Shown: in pieces, positions 50,718-59,544 of the stretch | How the letters are laid out: the number at the start of each line of letters is the position of its first letter | How positions within the stretch are numbered: the stretch's first letter is position 1 | Assembly: GCA_963822585.1 (NCBI GenBank) | Contig: CAWGIE010000019.1 | Coordinates: forward strand, 224,001 to 288,000 | From: an uncultured bacterium | GTDB lineage: Bacteria > Auribacterota > Erginobacteria > Erginobacterales > Erginobacteraceae | Length of the DNA: 64,000 nt | Direction: 5' to 3' | The notes under the pieces: generated by a model | What the model was told of the DNA's origin: nothing | The model's input: the letters and a program-made list of their open reading frames with translations, nothing else | The model's database searches: none | Made by a program: the position numbers and the translations under genes

Positions 50718-51947
50718 TCATCCCTCGCCCCCGGCGCCGCCGTCACACTCATCGATGGAGGGGCGCCCCGTGACCGCTTCCAGGATCTGGCTGCTGACCG
50801 GCGGACAGCCGGGGATAAAAAGTCCCCGGCCCTGGTGGCGGAGGGTGCAGTTCCCGATACAGAGGGTACCCTCCGGCACCTCCCGGTGACCCCGGCCGAT
50901 CGCGATCCGGATGGGGGTGCCCGGGGGAAAATAATCGAAGAGGCGTTTCCCGTACCCTTTCAGGAAGAGCAGAAGCGTGGACTGGCAGGCGCTGCAGGAA
51001 TTCTCATCCAGGACGGTAATCCCCGGAAAGGCGACTGAAAGATTGACCGGCGGGGGAGCGAAAGGGCTGATCCAGTCCCGCCAGCAATGAGGGGAGACGG
51101 CGAGTCGCTCCAGGGCGATCACCCCGTACCCGCGCCCGGCGCCGAGACGGAGATGGGGGATGTCCTCCGCCCGGGTACCCATCAGCCGGCAGGCGACGGC
51201 ATCGGCGGCGAAGGGGTCCGCGCTCACCACGACCACGCCCAGCGGGCGCGGTTCCCCGGCGCTGGGCCCCATCCCTTCCATCCCCACCGTGCCGTCGATA
51301 ATGGAGAGATGCGGCCGGAGCACCCCGGCCAGGTCGGCGATCGCGACGTCGATCGGTTTTTCATCGCTCCCGGCGACCGGCGGCAGCATGTGGAGTCCGA
51401 CCTTGCTCCGTCGCCAGAGGCAGCCCTTCATGTTCTTGACCGCCAGCGTCACCCCGGTGTGCATGTGCATCTTCATGACCGGGATGGAGACGAGGAAGTC
51501 GAAAGCCAGCGCCTCCGAGCAGACCCGGAGCGAATCGATGGCGAGGCCCCCGGGGACCGGCAGCTCATTGAACTCTTCCGCGTCCAGGTCGATCAGCCGG
51601 CAGCCGCGCTCGCGCGCGATCGCGGCGATGCCGGTGCTGGCAAAGGCTTCAAGCGTTTTTACACCCACGATCGGGCTTTCCCCGATCTCCGGCTCCGCTC
51701 CCGCTTCCCGGAAGGCGTCGACGGCGGCGGCCACCACCTCCGGGTCGGTGGTGATGCCTTTCCCGGGGGGAGCTATCCTCCCGGCATTGGGCTTGAGCAG
51801 AACCCGTTTTCCCCGGGCCGGGGAGAGGTCCACCCGGGAGAGGGCGGCCCGGGCGTTGGCGTAGGCCCCCCCTCCCCCGGCGACAAAGACCGCCGGGCGA
51901 TCCGGGGAAATAAGAAAAGGATTACCGGTTGGTCCGCGGGTTGCCAT
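50718..51947 (-). CDS. DUF362 domain protein with C-terminal Cys cluster (Fe-S)
   Basis: VLLKPN, TTDP, PVMKMH..TGVTLAVKNMKG, IIDG...MEG.GP; CSAC, IGNC, GCPP. Confidence 0.85.
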   Translation of the reverse strand: MATRGPTGNPFLISPDRPAVFVAGGGGAYANARAALSRVDLSPARGKRVLLKPNAGRIAPPGKGITTDPEVVAAAVDAFREAGAEPEIGESPIVGVKTLEAFASTGIAAIARERGCRLIDLDAEEFNELPVPGGLAIDSLRVCSEALAFDFLVSIPVMKMHMHTGVTLAVKNMKGCLWRRSKVGLHMLPPVAGSDEKPIDVAIADLAGVLRPHLSIIDGTVGMEGMGPSAGEPRPLGVVVVSADPFAADAVACRLMGTRAEDIPHLRLGAGRGYGVIALERLAVSPHCWRDWISPFAPPPVNLSVAFPGITVLDENSCSACQSTLLLFLKGYGKRLFDYFPPGTPIRIAIGRGHREVPEGTLCIGNCTLRHQGRGLFIPGCPPVSSQILEAVTGRPSIDECDGGAGGEG

Positions 51948-52011
51948 TGCCGGGTCTTGTCTCCGTGTATACCGCCGCGCAGGTGGAAGCGCGTAAAATC
52001 ATGCTATACCC

Positions 52012-52221
52012 TGCTCGAAAAGGATTTCGAGCAGGAAATCCTAAATAAATCCAAAATCCAAATGATCAAATGTTTCAAATCTCGCCGGTTTTAACCCATT
52101 GTTTTGGATTTTTTAGTTTGGTCATTTGATATTATTTAGGATTTAGTATTTTCCGCCAGAGGCGGATCAGCCTTTGGCTGAAGATATTAGGATTTGAGAG
52201 CTGACTAGCTTTTCGAGTAAG
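52012..52221. repeat. AT-rich palindromic miniature element with short terminal IRs
   Basis: CTCGAAAAG...CTTTTCGAG ends; AAATCC-rich arm pairs with a GGATTT-rich arm; nested TCCGCCAGAGGCGGA hairpin. Confidence 0.5.
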
Positions 52222-52324
52222 CTCATACTATACTAATACCGTTTCACCTTCCACATCTTAACCTGTATTCTTCGGGAAATAAGACCTGCTCGACAGATGA
52301 AACTTCGCGGGGCATACTATCTTC

Positions 52325-53074
52325 ATGCTGAATCGCCGGGTATATCAGCTTCTTTTCTACGCTTACGCCCTCCTGGCCGCGCCCTGGTTCGCGGGAAACC
52401 TGCGAGCGGCTTTTGAGAACCGTGAGGTCTTCCTCCTCCCCGGCCTGATCATTCTTCTCGCGCTGATCGCCGAGACCGTCGCCCTGCCCTGGGCGTTTCG
52501 CCGCTGGCATTCCGCTGCCGGCGGGAAGTCCGGCATTCCTCTCCAGCTCGGCGCCGCCATCTGCATCTCCCACGCCATCCTGACCTACTTCCTCGGGATC
52601 TATTTGCTCGACGCCTTCGGGGTGATGGGCGTGGGAACGGCGGGTGATGGACAGGCGTTTTGGATGGCGGCGACCTTCATCCTCCTTTTCTTCCGTGAAA
52701 GTTATCTTTTCTTCGCGACCGGGGTGGCCCTCCGCTCGGTGAAGCCCGTTTCGAAGGGGCAGGATATCGCGGTCGGAATCCTCCTCCTCTTCTTCCGCTG
52801 CGTCGCCTACACTTCCTACTGGGACGTGATGATGGCGGTCGGCCCGGTCCGGGGTATGCATTCGGCCGTCTGGATCGTCCTCGGTCCGGCGCTGGTTCTG
52901 ATCTTCTATATTATCTATCTACCGATCCGGATGACCGATCTCCTGGGAGCATACTACACGGAAGGGGCGGTGGCGGGGAGGCGGGAGACCCGGCGTCTGC
53001 TCGTCTCCGGGGCCGTCCTTGCTCTCTACCCGGTCTTCGGGCCCGGGCTGATAGCCCTGGTCACCGGACGCTGA
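52325..53074 (+). CDS. Hypothetical multi-pass membrane protein
   Basis: About seven hydrophobic segments; CATACT 6 nt before the ATG. Confidence 0.7.
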   Translation: MLNRRVYQLLFYAYALLAAPWFAGNLRAAFENREVFLLPGLIILLALIAETVALPWAFRRWHSAAGGKSGIPLQLGAAICISHAILTYFLGIYLLDAFGVMGVGTAGDGQAFWMAATFILLFFRESYLFFATGVALRSVKPVSKGQDIAVGILLLFFRCVAYTSYWDVMMAVGPVRGMHSAVWIVLGPALVLIFYIIYLPIRMTDLLGAYYTEGAVAGRRETRRLLVSGAVLALYPVFGPGLIALVTGR

Positions 53075-53083
53075 TCGCGGCGG

Positions 53084-53581
53084 TCACTCTTCGGGGGCGT
53101 CGGGTTCCGCGGTCTCCTCGGGTTCGGGGATGATGCCGAAGTGCAGCCCGAGGACATCCCGCATCCGCTCGTTGAGTTTTTCCGCCTCCTCATCCGGGAG
53201 ATCAGGATCGATCTCGATCTTGAAACCGTCCGCCGCGTTCTGGATAAGGAGTGTCCCCGCCAGGAAATAGGGAAAAAGTTCCGGGTCGTTCTCCAGCTGT
53301 TTCCGGATCTTCTCCCTTTCTTCCCAGAGCCAGCGCGCCGCCTCGTCCCCTTCCTCCGGTTTCTGCTGGAGTACGGCCCGGACCCGGGCCAGGATAAAAT
53401 CCCTGGTGGTCGGCGAAAGCGCGGAGTCGAACCACATGAAATCGTCCTCCGGCCGGTCCACCATTTTAAAGACCCCGTCCTCGAAATAGGGCAAAAGGAG
53501 CGGGTCGCGCCGCAGTACCCGTTCCACCACGGTGGCGATGAAGCGGTTCTCCTCCCTGAAATCTCTTTCTTCCGGGTGCAT
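53084..53581 (-). CDS. Hypothetical acidic protein with internal duplication
   Basis: DP.L.PYF..G and D..L.....E/D motifs each occur twice. Confidence 0.6.
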   Translation of the reverse strand: MHPEERDFREENRFIATVVERVLRRDPLLLPYFEDGVFKMVDRPEDDFMWFDSALSPTTRDFILARVRAVLQQKPEEGDEAARWLWEEREKIRKQLENDPELFPYFLAGTLLIQNAADGFKIEIDPDLPDEEAEKLNERMRDVLGLHFGIIPEPEETAEPDAPEE

Positions 53582-53726
53582 GGTGCCTTCCGGCGGTTCG
53601 TGACGATGTTTATCCGGGGTTATACGCCTATCCGGGTGTTCGCGTAAGGGTATTTTATTCGGTTCTCTTCCATTTTGTGTGGGCGGTTATTATACTCAAA
53701 AAGTGCGGCATTTTCTTGAGCTATTT

Positions 53727-53778
53727 TGGAGTGCATTGACCGTGTCAATGCATGCAGCGACATGGTCGCTGCACTCCA
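53727..53778. repeat. GGAGTGC-type REP-like doublet
   Basis: TGGAGTGCATTGAC..GTCAATGCA-TGCAGCGAC..GTCGCTGCACTCCA. Confidence 0.55.
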
Positions 53779-53843
53779 TAAGAATCATAATGTACCCACA
53801 CAAAATGGAAAAGAACCTCTTATTGTAATACCCCCTGGGGCCG

Positions 53844-55532
53844 TCACGTGATCAGCACGATCACGATCCCCCAGATGATCAGGAGCGTGTTGCTGATCGC
53901 GTAGGGGACGGTGTACCCGAGCGCCGGGACCTGGCTCTTGGCCGCTTCGGTGATCGCCCCCAGGGCCGCGGTGGTCACCCGGGCCCCGGCGTTGACGCCC
54001 AGATTGATCGGGGGATCGAACTTGAAAATATAGCGCCCGATCAGAACCCCGGCGATCATCGGGATCGAGGTCGCGGCCACCCCGGCGATGAAGAGGGCCA
54101 ACCCCAATTCCTTGAACCCGGTCACGAAACTTGGCCCCGAGTCGATCCCGACCACGGCGATGAACATCGTCAGCCCCACCGAGTTCATGATCCAGAGCGC
54201 CGGGGCCGGTATCCGCCCGAAGGTGGGGTGAACCGACCGCAGCCAGCCGAAAATCAGCCCGGCGATCAGGGCGCCCCCGCTGGTCGAGAGCGAGAGCGAG
54301 ACGCCCCCGATCCGGACCGCCAGCGCCCCCACCAATCCTCCCAGGAGGATCCCGAAACCGACGAAAACCATGTCGGTCATCGTGGTCTCCCGGTCGGGAT
54401 AGCCGATTTTGGTGGCGATTTGATCCACGTCCTTGACCGCCCCTACCAACCGCAGCCGATCGCCGCGGTTGAGTTTCAAGCCCGCGTTCACCGGCAGTTC
54501 CTGCCCGGCCCGGATGACCTGGCGCAGGAAGACCCCGTGAAAAGCCTTGCGCACCAGGTCGGAGGAAGCGAGCTCGCCCAACGTCTTGCCGGCCACCTTC
54601 TTGTTGGTCAGGACCACGTCCAGCCGCTCTATCGGGACATCGAGAAGCTGGCGGTCCTCGACTTCGGGCCCGAATATCTTCTCCCCCTCTCTGACCAGGA
54701 CCGCGTGGGAGCCGGCCACGGCGATGATATCGCCCTGCCGCAGAACCGTCTCCGGGGTGGCCGGGATCAGTTCCCCGTCCCGGTGGACGCGCTCGATCTC
54801 CAGACGATCACCCCGGCAGATATTCTCCGCCTCATCCACCGTCTTTCCGTCAAGCTCCTCGTTCTCCAGCCGGTAGCTCCGGGCAGTAAAAACCCGGTAG
54901 GCGGAGAGACCGTCCATCTCCTTCCCCCCCGACATCTTCTTCTCGTATTCCCGACAGGCGTCGGGGAGATTGACCCCCAGGAGTTTCGGCCCCAGGACGG
55001 CCAGGATCCAGGCCGTCCCCGCCGTCCCGAAGATGTAGGTCACCGCGTAGGCCACCGGGATGTGGTTGATCATCGTTTTCGTCTGGGCGGCCTGAAGACC
55101 CAGGTTATTGATGGTGTTCGTCCCCACCCCGATCACCGCCGAGATGGTCTGCGAACCGGCGAAGAGACCGGCGGCCGTCCCGGGATCGAAACCGGCCAGT
55201 TTGGCCGCGATCCAGGTCACGGCCAGGCAGAGGACGCAGATGACGACCGCGAAGATGACCTGGGGGAAGCCGTCGCTCTTCAGACCCCGGAAGAACTGGG
55301 GCCCCACACTGTAGCCGACCGCGAAGAGGAACAGCAGGAAGAAGACCTGTTTGACGTCGGGGGAGACCTTGATCCCCAACTGCCCGACCAGAACCCCCAT
55401 CAGGAGGGTCCCGGTCACGGCGCCCAGGCTGAAGCCGCCGATCTTGATGTTGCCGATCCAGTATCCCAGTCCCAGGGTGAGAAAGATCGCCAGTTCCGGA
55501 TACGTCCGCAGGGTGTCAATCAACCAGTGCAT
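53844..55532 (-). CDS. aspT: Aspartate:alanine antiporter (AAE, YidE/YbjL family)
   Basis: FLFAVGYSVGPQFF, GSQTISAVIG, AYAVTYIFG, two TrkA-C-like domains, GYTVPYAISN. Confidence 0.88.
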   Translation of the reverse strand: MHWLIDTLRTYPELAIFLTLGLGYWIGNIKIGGFSLGAVTGTLLMGVLVGQLGIKVSPDVKQVFFLLFLFAVGYSVGPQFFRGLKSDGFPQVIFAVVICVLCLAVTWIAAKLAGFDPGTAAGLFAGSQTISAVIGVGTNTINNLGLQAAQTKTMINHIPVAYAVTYIFGTAGTAWILAVLGPKLLGVNLPDACREYEKKMSGGKEMDGLSAYRVFTARSYRLENEELDGKTVDEAENICRGDRLEIERVHRDGELIPATPETVLRQGDIIAVAGSHAVLVREGEKIFGPEVEDRQLLDVPIERLDVVLTNKKVAGKTLGELASSDLVRKAFHGVFLRQVIRAGQELPVNAGLKLNRGDRLRLVGAVKDVDQIATKIGYPDRETTMTDMVFVGFGILLGGLVGALAVRIGGVSLSLSTSGGALIAGLIFGWLRSVHPTFGRIPAPALWIMNSVGLTMFIAVVGIDSGPSFVTGFKELGLALFIAGVAATSIPMIAGVLIGRYIFKFDPPINLGVNAGARVTTAALGAITEAAKSQVPALGYTVPYAISNTLLIIWGIVIVLIT

Positions 55533-55696
55533 CGCGCCCTCCTAAAATCATGGAGTGTTGGAGTGCTGGAATAATGGAGAAGGGGAGACCGGTACTCCAT
55601 TATTCCGTGTTTATGATTTCAATTCAGTTTCTGCACTAAAGGTAAGCCCCTGTCATATAACAAAAGCTAACTATCTTGTGGTGGCTGCTTGTCCGC

Positions 55697-55750
55697 CTGT
55701 TTCGGAATTTCAATAATCGGAGTTTTCCGATTATTGAAATTCCGAAACAG
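55697..55750. repeat. Perfect 25-bp inverted repeat made of two ori-like ends
   Basis: CTGTTTCGGAATTTCAATAATCGGA-GTTT-TCCGATTATTGAAATTCCGAAACAG followed by CAAG. Confidence 0.85.
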
Positions 55751-55820
55751 CAAGGAAATCATCCTATCAGGGAGGATCGGGCCGGGCAATGAAAAGGAGG
55801 GGGTACCGGTAAGCAAGCGC

Positions 55821-56582
55821 TCACGGCAGCCGCTTTTCCCGACCCGTCTTCTCGCCGAGGAGATCTTGGAAACGGAGAGCGTCCTCCCACATGCTCGTGT
55901 TGTTGAAAAGGCAATAGGTATCCCGTCCGGGCGGGATCATGTTTTCCAGCATCTTCAGGTCGCCGGCGGTGTAGCGGTAACGATAACCGCCGATACCGTG
56001 CAGGCGGTAATAGGCGACCTCCCCGGAGATCTGACGGTTCCGGAAAGGATCGACAACGTGGATCAGGTCGGCCTGCCGGCAAAGCCGTTTAATGGTGCTC
56101 TCCTCCCACTTACCCCGGGGCTCCCAGCCCAGAAGAAAATCTTTCCGGTCGATGGCTGAGAAGAAAGAGAGAAGGTTCTTCTCATTCTCCGGAGTGGGCT
56201 GAAAACTGGCCGGGCACTGAAAGACGATGACCGGGGCCCGGAGTGCGGACGCGATCGCCTCGGTCGTCCGCCAGGCCGCCATCACCTCTTCGGTGGGGCG
56301 GAAGAAGCCGTACTTTTCCCGATCGGCCGCGGCGATCGGATGCCCCAGCCGGCGATAGGTGGGAGATGATGGGGGATGGGTGATCAGCTGCCAGGCCTTA
56401 AGCGTGAACCGGAAGTTATCCGGAGCTTCCTCCCTCCACCGGATGGCCGTTGCCATCCGGGGCGGACGGTAAAAGGTCTGCTGGATCTCGATCAGGGAGA
56501 AATGCCGCCAGTACGTCCCCTGGGCGCGGGAGAAGCCGCAGCATCCGACCTCGATCGGTTCTTTCCCCTCACTTTTTTTCAT
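55821..56582 (-). CDS. DUF72 family protein
   Basis: VGCCGF, EIQQTFY, F.FTLKA...ITH, FQCPASF, EPRG, YYRLHG, FNN. Confidence 0.9.
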   Translation of the reverse strand: MKKSEGKEPIEVGCCGFSRAQGTYWRHFSLIEIQQTFYRPPRMATAIRWREEAPDNFRFTLKAWQLITHPPSSPTYRRLGHPIAAADREKYGFFRPTEEVMAAWRTTEAIASALRAPVIVFQCPASFQPTPENEKNLLSFFSAIDRKDFLLGWEPRGKWEESTIKRLCRQADLIHVVDPFRNRQISGEVAYYRLHGIGGYRYRYTAGDLKMLENMIPPGRDTYCLFNNTSMWEDALRFQDLLGEKTGREKRLP

Positions 56583-56904
56583 TTCAGATTGACACGCGTC
56601 AATGAGTAATTTCAGACGGAAAAAACCTCAGCTCCGAAACTTTTTTTGCCTCTGATTATTCATTAATTCACCCCGGCTTCGCCCCTTTTCAGCACCTGAT
56701 TTACCTGATTACTCTGATTTTTCCTTTTTCAGAACAATCAGAGTAATCAGGTGCTCAATTCTACGTCAACAGAAAAGCCCCGGAGGCGAATCGACTCCGG
56801 GGCTTCTCAGGAGAAAAACAATGAAAAATATTTGATTTTCACGGATAATACGGATGATTGTTGTTTCCTGATCCAACCCGATTATTTTTTCCGGCATTTT
56901 TCTT

Positions 56905-57156
56905 ATGAAGCGAAAAATATCATGGACCCGGCGCGCCGCGGACGGCGTCAAGCGGGAAGTGCGGGTGGTGGTCTCCCGGGGCGATATCAAATGGCAGTTC
57001 AAGCGGGCTGACGAAGAACGCTGGGACTACGACAGCGCCCCGACCGAAGAGGAGTGGGACATCCTGGAGGAGATCCTCAAACGCCGGATGCACCGGGGAA
57101 GAGGCATCAACCTGATGGAATCCGTGCGCAAGCTCCGGAAGGCGGACGGTGCCTGA
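56905..57156 (+). CDS. Small hypothetical protein
   Basis: 83 aa with typical codon use; stop overlaps the next start (GTGCCTGA). Confidence 0.65.
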   Translation: MKRKISWTRRAADGVKREVRVVVSRGDIKWQFKRADEERWDYDSAPTEEEWDILEEILKRRMHRGRGINLMESVRKLRKADGA

Positions 57157-58270
57157 GATCCGGCAGTTTCTGGCCTCCGCCATCCCGGGCACCGAGCCGG
57201 CACTCTGCGAGGAGCTGCGGGAACTCGGTTTCTCCGGTGTGCGGCTCAACCGCGGAGGCATCCCCTTCCGGGGGACCTGGCGGGAGGGATGGCGCGCCTG
57301 CCTGGTCAGCCGGATCGCCCAGCGCGTCCGGGTGCTTCTCCATCGATTTCCCGCCGCCGATGAAGATGCTCTCTACGCCGGTGTGCGGGCGGTGGACTGG
57401 CGTCCCTTTCTGTCCTGGCGGCAGACCCTCTCGACGGGGGCCGTCTGCCGCGCATCCGCCATCCGGCACAGCGGATTCGCGGCCCTCAAAGTCAAGGACG
57501 CGATCGTCGATCAGATCCGTGACCACGGCGGGAAACGCCCCTCGGTTTCGCGCCCGGACCCGGACGTCCGCGTTTATCTCTACCTGGTGGAAGACCGGGC
57601 ATCGATCTACCTGGACCTCTCCGGCGAGTCCCTCCACCGGCGAGGATACCGCCTCCAGACCGGCGAGGCGCCGCTCCGGGAGACCCTGGCCGCCGCCATC
57701 CTCCGACTCTCCGGCTGGGACCGCGCCTCTCCTCTTGTTGATCCCCTCTGCGGGTCGGGCACGATCGCGATCGAGGCCGCCCTCTGGGCGGCCGGCCGGG
57801 CGCCCGGGCTCGGCCGTGAGCGGTTCGGCTTCGAGCGCTGGGCCAACTTTGGTGAGGAAGAGAAGCGAGCAATGCGCGAACTCCGGGGGGAACTGCGCGG
57901 AACCGGCTGCGGGAAAGAAACCCGCATCCGGGGTTCCGACCTCGATGAGCAGGTTCTCGAGGCCGCCCGGGCGAACGCGCGGCGGGCCGGGGTCCGGATC
58001 TCCCTCCGACGCCGCTCGGTCTTCGACCTGCAGGGGGACGAGACCAAAACCTTCCTCGTCACCAACCCTCCCTACGGCGTCCGGCTCGGCGCCGATCCCG
58101 ATTTCTGCCGCCGGGTCGGGGCCGTCTTCAGCCGGCTCCACGGCTGGCGGGGCTGCCTGCTGGCCGGATCCCCGGACTACGAGCGCTCGATCTCCCTCCG
58201 TCCCCGGCTGAAAATCCCGCTCCCCAACGGGGACCTCCCCTGTGATTTCTTAGTGTACGATATCCCCTGA
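57149..58270 (+). CDS. THUMP-domain RNA methyltransferase (RlmL-like)
   Basis: SRIAQRV, VKDAIVD, LDLSGESLHRRGYR, APLRETLAA, DPLCGSGTIAIEAA, NPPYG. Confidence 0.9.
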   Translation: MPEIRQFLASAIPGTEPALCEELRELGFSGVRLNRGGIPFRGTWREGWRACLVSRIAQRVRVLLHRFPAADEDALYAGVRAVDWRPFLSWRQTLSTGAVCRASAIRHSGFAALKVKDAIVDQIRDHGGKRPSVSRPDPDVRVYLYLVEDRASIYLDLSGESLHRRGYRLQTGEAPLRETLAAAILRLSGWDRASPLVDPLCGSGTIAIEAALWAAGRAPGLGRERFGFERWANFGEEEKRAMRELRGELRGTGCGKETRIRGSDLDEQVLEAARANARRAGVRISLRRRSVFDLQGDETKTFLVTNPPYGVRLGADPDFCRRVGAVFSRLHGWRGCLLAGSPDYERSISLRPRLKIPLPNGDLPCDFLVYDIP

Positions 58271-58286
58271 TCGACAGCCGGGTTTT

Positions 58287-58477
58287 TTATTCGCGGAACG
58301 AGATTTCGGCCAGGACCGGGCAGTGGTCGGAGAGAAAGGTCCACCTGATTCGGGAACTATCCGCTTCCAAACCGGGCGAGACCCAGATCTGATCGAGGAC
58401 ACGATACCCGATAAGGTGCGGCTTTTGATCGATAGGATGTGGCCGGAGATCCGGCTTCCCCAGCCGATCCCCGCCAA
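58287..58477 (-). pseudogene. C-terminal remnant of an endonuclease/exonuclease/phosphatase (EEP) family gene
   Basis: A frame missing from the ORF track reads LDQIWVSPGL...LSDHCPVLAEISFRE*; AGIGWG lies in an adjacent frame. Confidence 0.55.
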
Positions 58478-58537
58478 GACAGGCCGGGACGGGGTAAGTA
58501 TATTATTACATTACTACCGCCGGCGGCAGCCGGTAGG

Positions 58538-59161
58538 TCATTGCGGTTCGCCCGGGGGGGATGACTCGACCGCCCACTCCCCTTTTCTTTCCTCCCCCGG
58601 CTGAGTCTGCCCTTCGGGGGCTGACCCCTGGCTTTCCGCTTTCAGCGCCTGCTGGCGAGCTTCATCCTCCTGCTGCCGGGCATCTATCTCCTGCTGGATT
58701 TTCCGTTCCAGTTCCGCTTCCTGCCGCTCCATCTCTTCATCGAGTTTCTTGAGGCGGCGCTCCTCCTCGGCCTGTTGTTTCTGTTGTTCCTGTTCTTCCC
58801 GCCGCGCCTGCTCTTCCAGTTCCCGTTGCTGCTGAGCATATTCCCGCGGGTGCTCTTTCTGCCACTTCAACTGGTCCTGAACGGCCTTCTGTTTGCTCTG
58901 CTCGGCGGTCTGGATTTTCGCCTTTTCTTCCGGTGGAAGAGCCGCTTTCTCAGAATAGGTAATGTCCTCGATTTTCTTCCGGGGGATTTTTTTGATGCCG
59001 TCCGCGGTCTGAATGGTCACGTACTCCAGGTCCTCTGCGATGATCTTCCCGGAGTAATTGAACGATTTTGTCCAGACAGTGTCCGGATAGGCGGTGGTGC
59101 ATAAGCCCAGAAATAGCACCGCCCCGGTAAACATCACCAGACCGACAGATCTATAACTCAT
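58538..59161 (-). CDS. Exported protein with small N-terminal beta domain and Glu/Gln-rich coiled coil
   Basis: Signal peptide, DTVWTK...GKII.ED...V.I.T..G...IPR..I..I, then an EQ/K/R-rich helix; GGAGA RBS. Confidence 0.7.
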   Translation of the reverse strand: MSYRSVGLVMFTGAVLFLGLCTTAYPDTVWTKSFNYSGKIIAEDLEYVTIQTADGIKKIPRKKIEDITYSEKAALPPEEKAKIQTAEQSKQKAVQDQLKWQKEHPREYAQQQRELEEQARREEQEQQKQQAEEERRLKKLDEEMERQEAELERKIQQEIDARQQEDEARQQALKAESQGSAPEGQTQPGEERKGEWAVESSPPGEPQ

Positions 59162-59214
59162 CTCTGTTGAATCTCCTCCCGACAGGATGCGGCTTTCTGC
59201 GTCTCACCGGATAA

Positions 59215-59469
59215 TTATAGACGGTCGGGACGCCGGGGGAAAGTGAAAATATGGATCGACCGGTTCTTCCAGACCAGGCCCTGATTGTAGGGGGCGATGG
59301 GGATGAGATCCCGGGAGATTTTATCCGGTGTCGCGTCCCGGCTCGCGTCCTCTACCGCCGCGCTGTAATCCGTCCAGAGATCGGCCCGGACGGCCGGATC
59401 GCAAACACCAGAACTGAAAAGAACCGCCAGAACAGCTCCTATAATGGGATGAGAATACATCCAGCTCAT
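59215..59469 (-). pseudogene. Probably truncated N-terminus of an exported protein
   Basis: AAGGAGG RBS and signal peptide ending VRA, but only about 55 residues follow. Confidence 0.4.
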
Positions 59470-59544
59470 GACTGCCCTCCTTGGGCGCTTTGGCGCCTTT
59501 TTGCGGTTAATAAAAGCAGGCGACGCGGAGAGAAGGATGATGTT

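Noticed and set aside
56772..56808. Strong hairpin as a terminator
   Set aside because: It lies between divergent genes with no gene ending there; function unsupported
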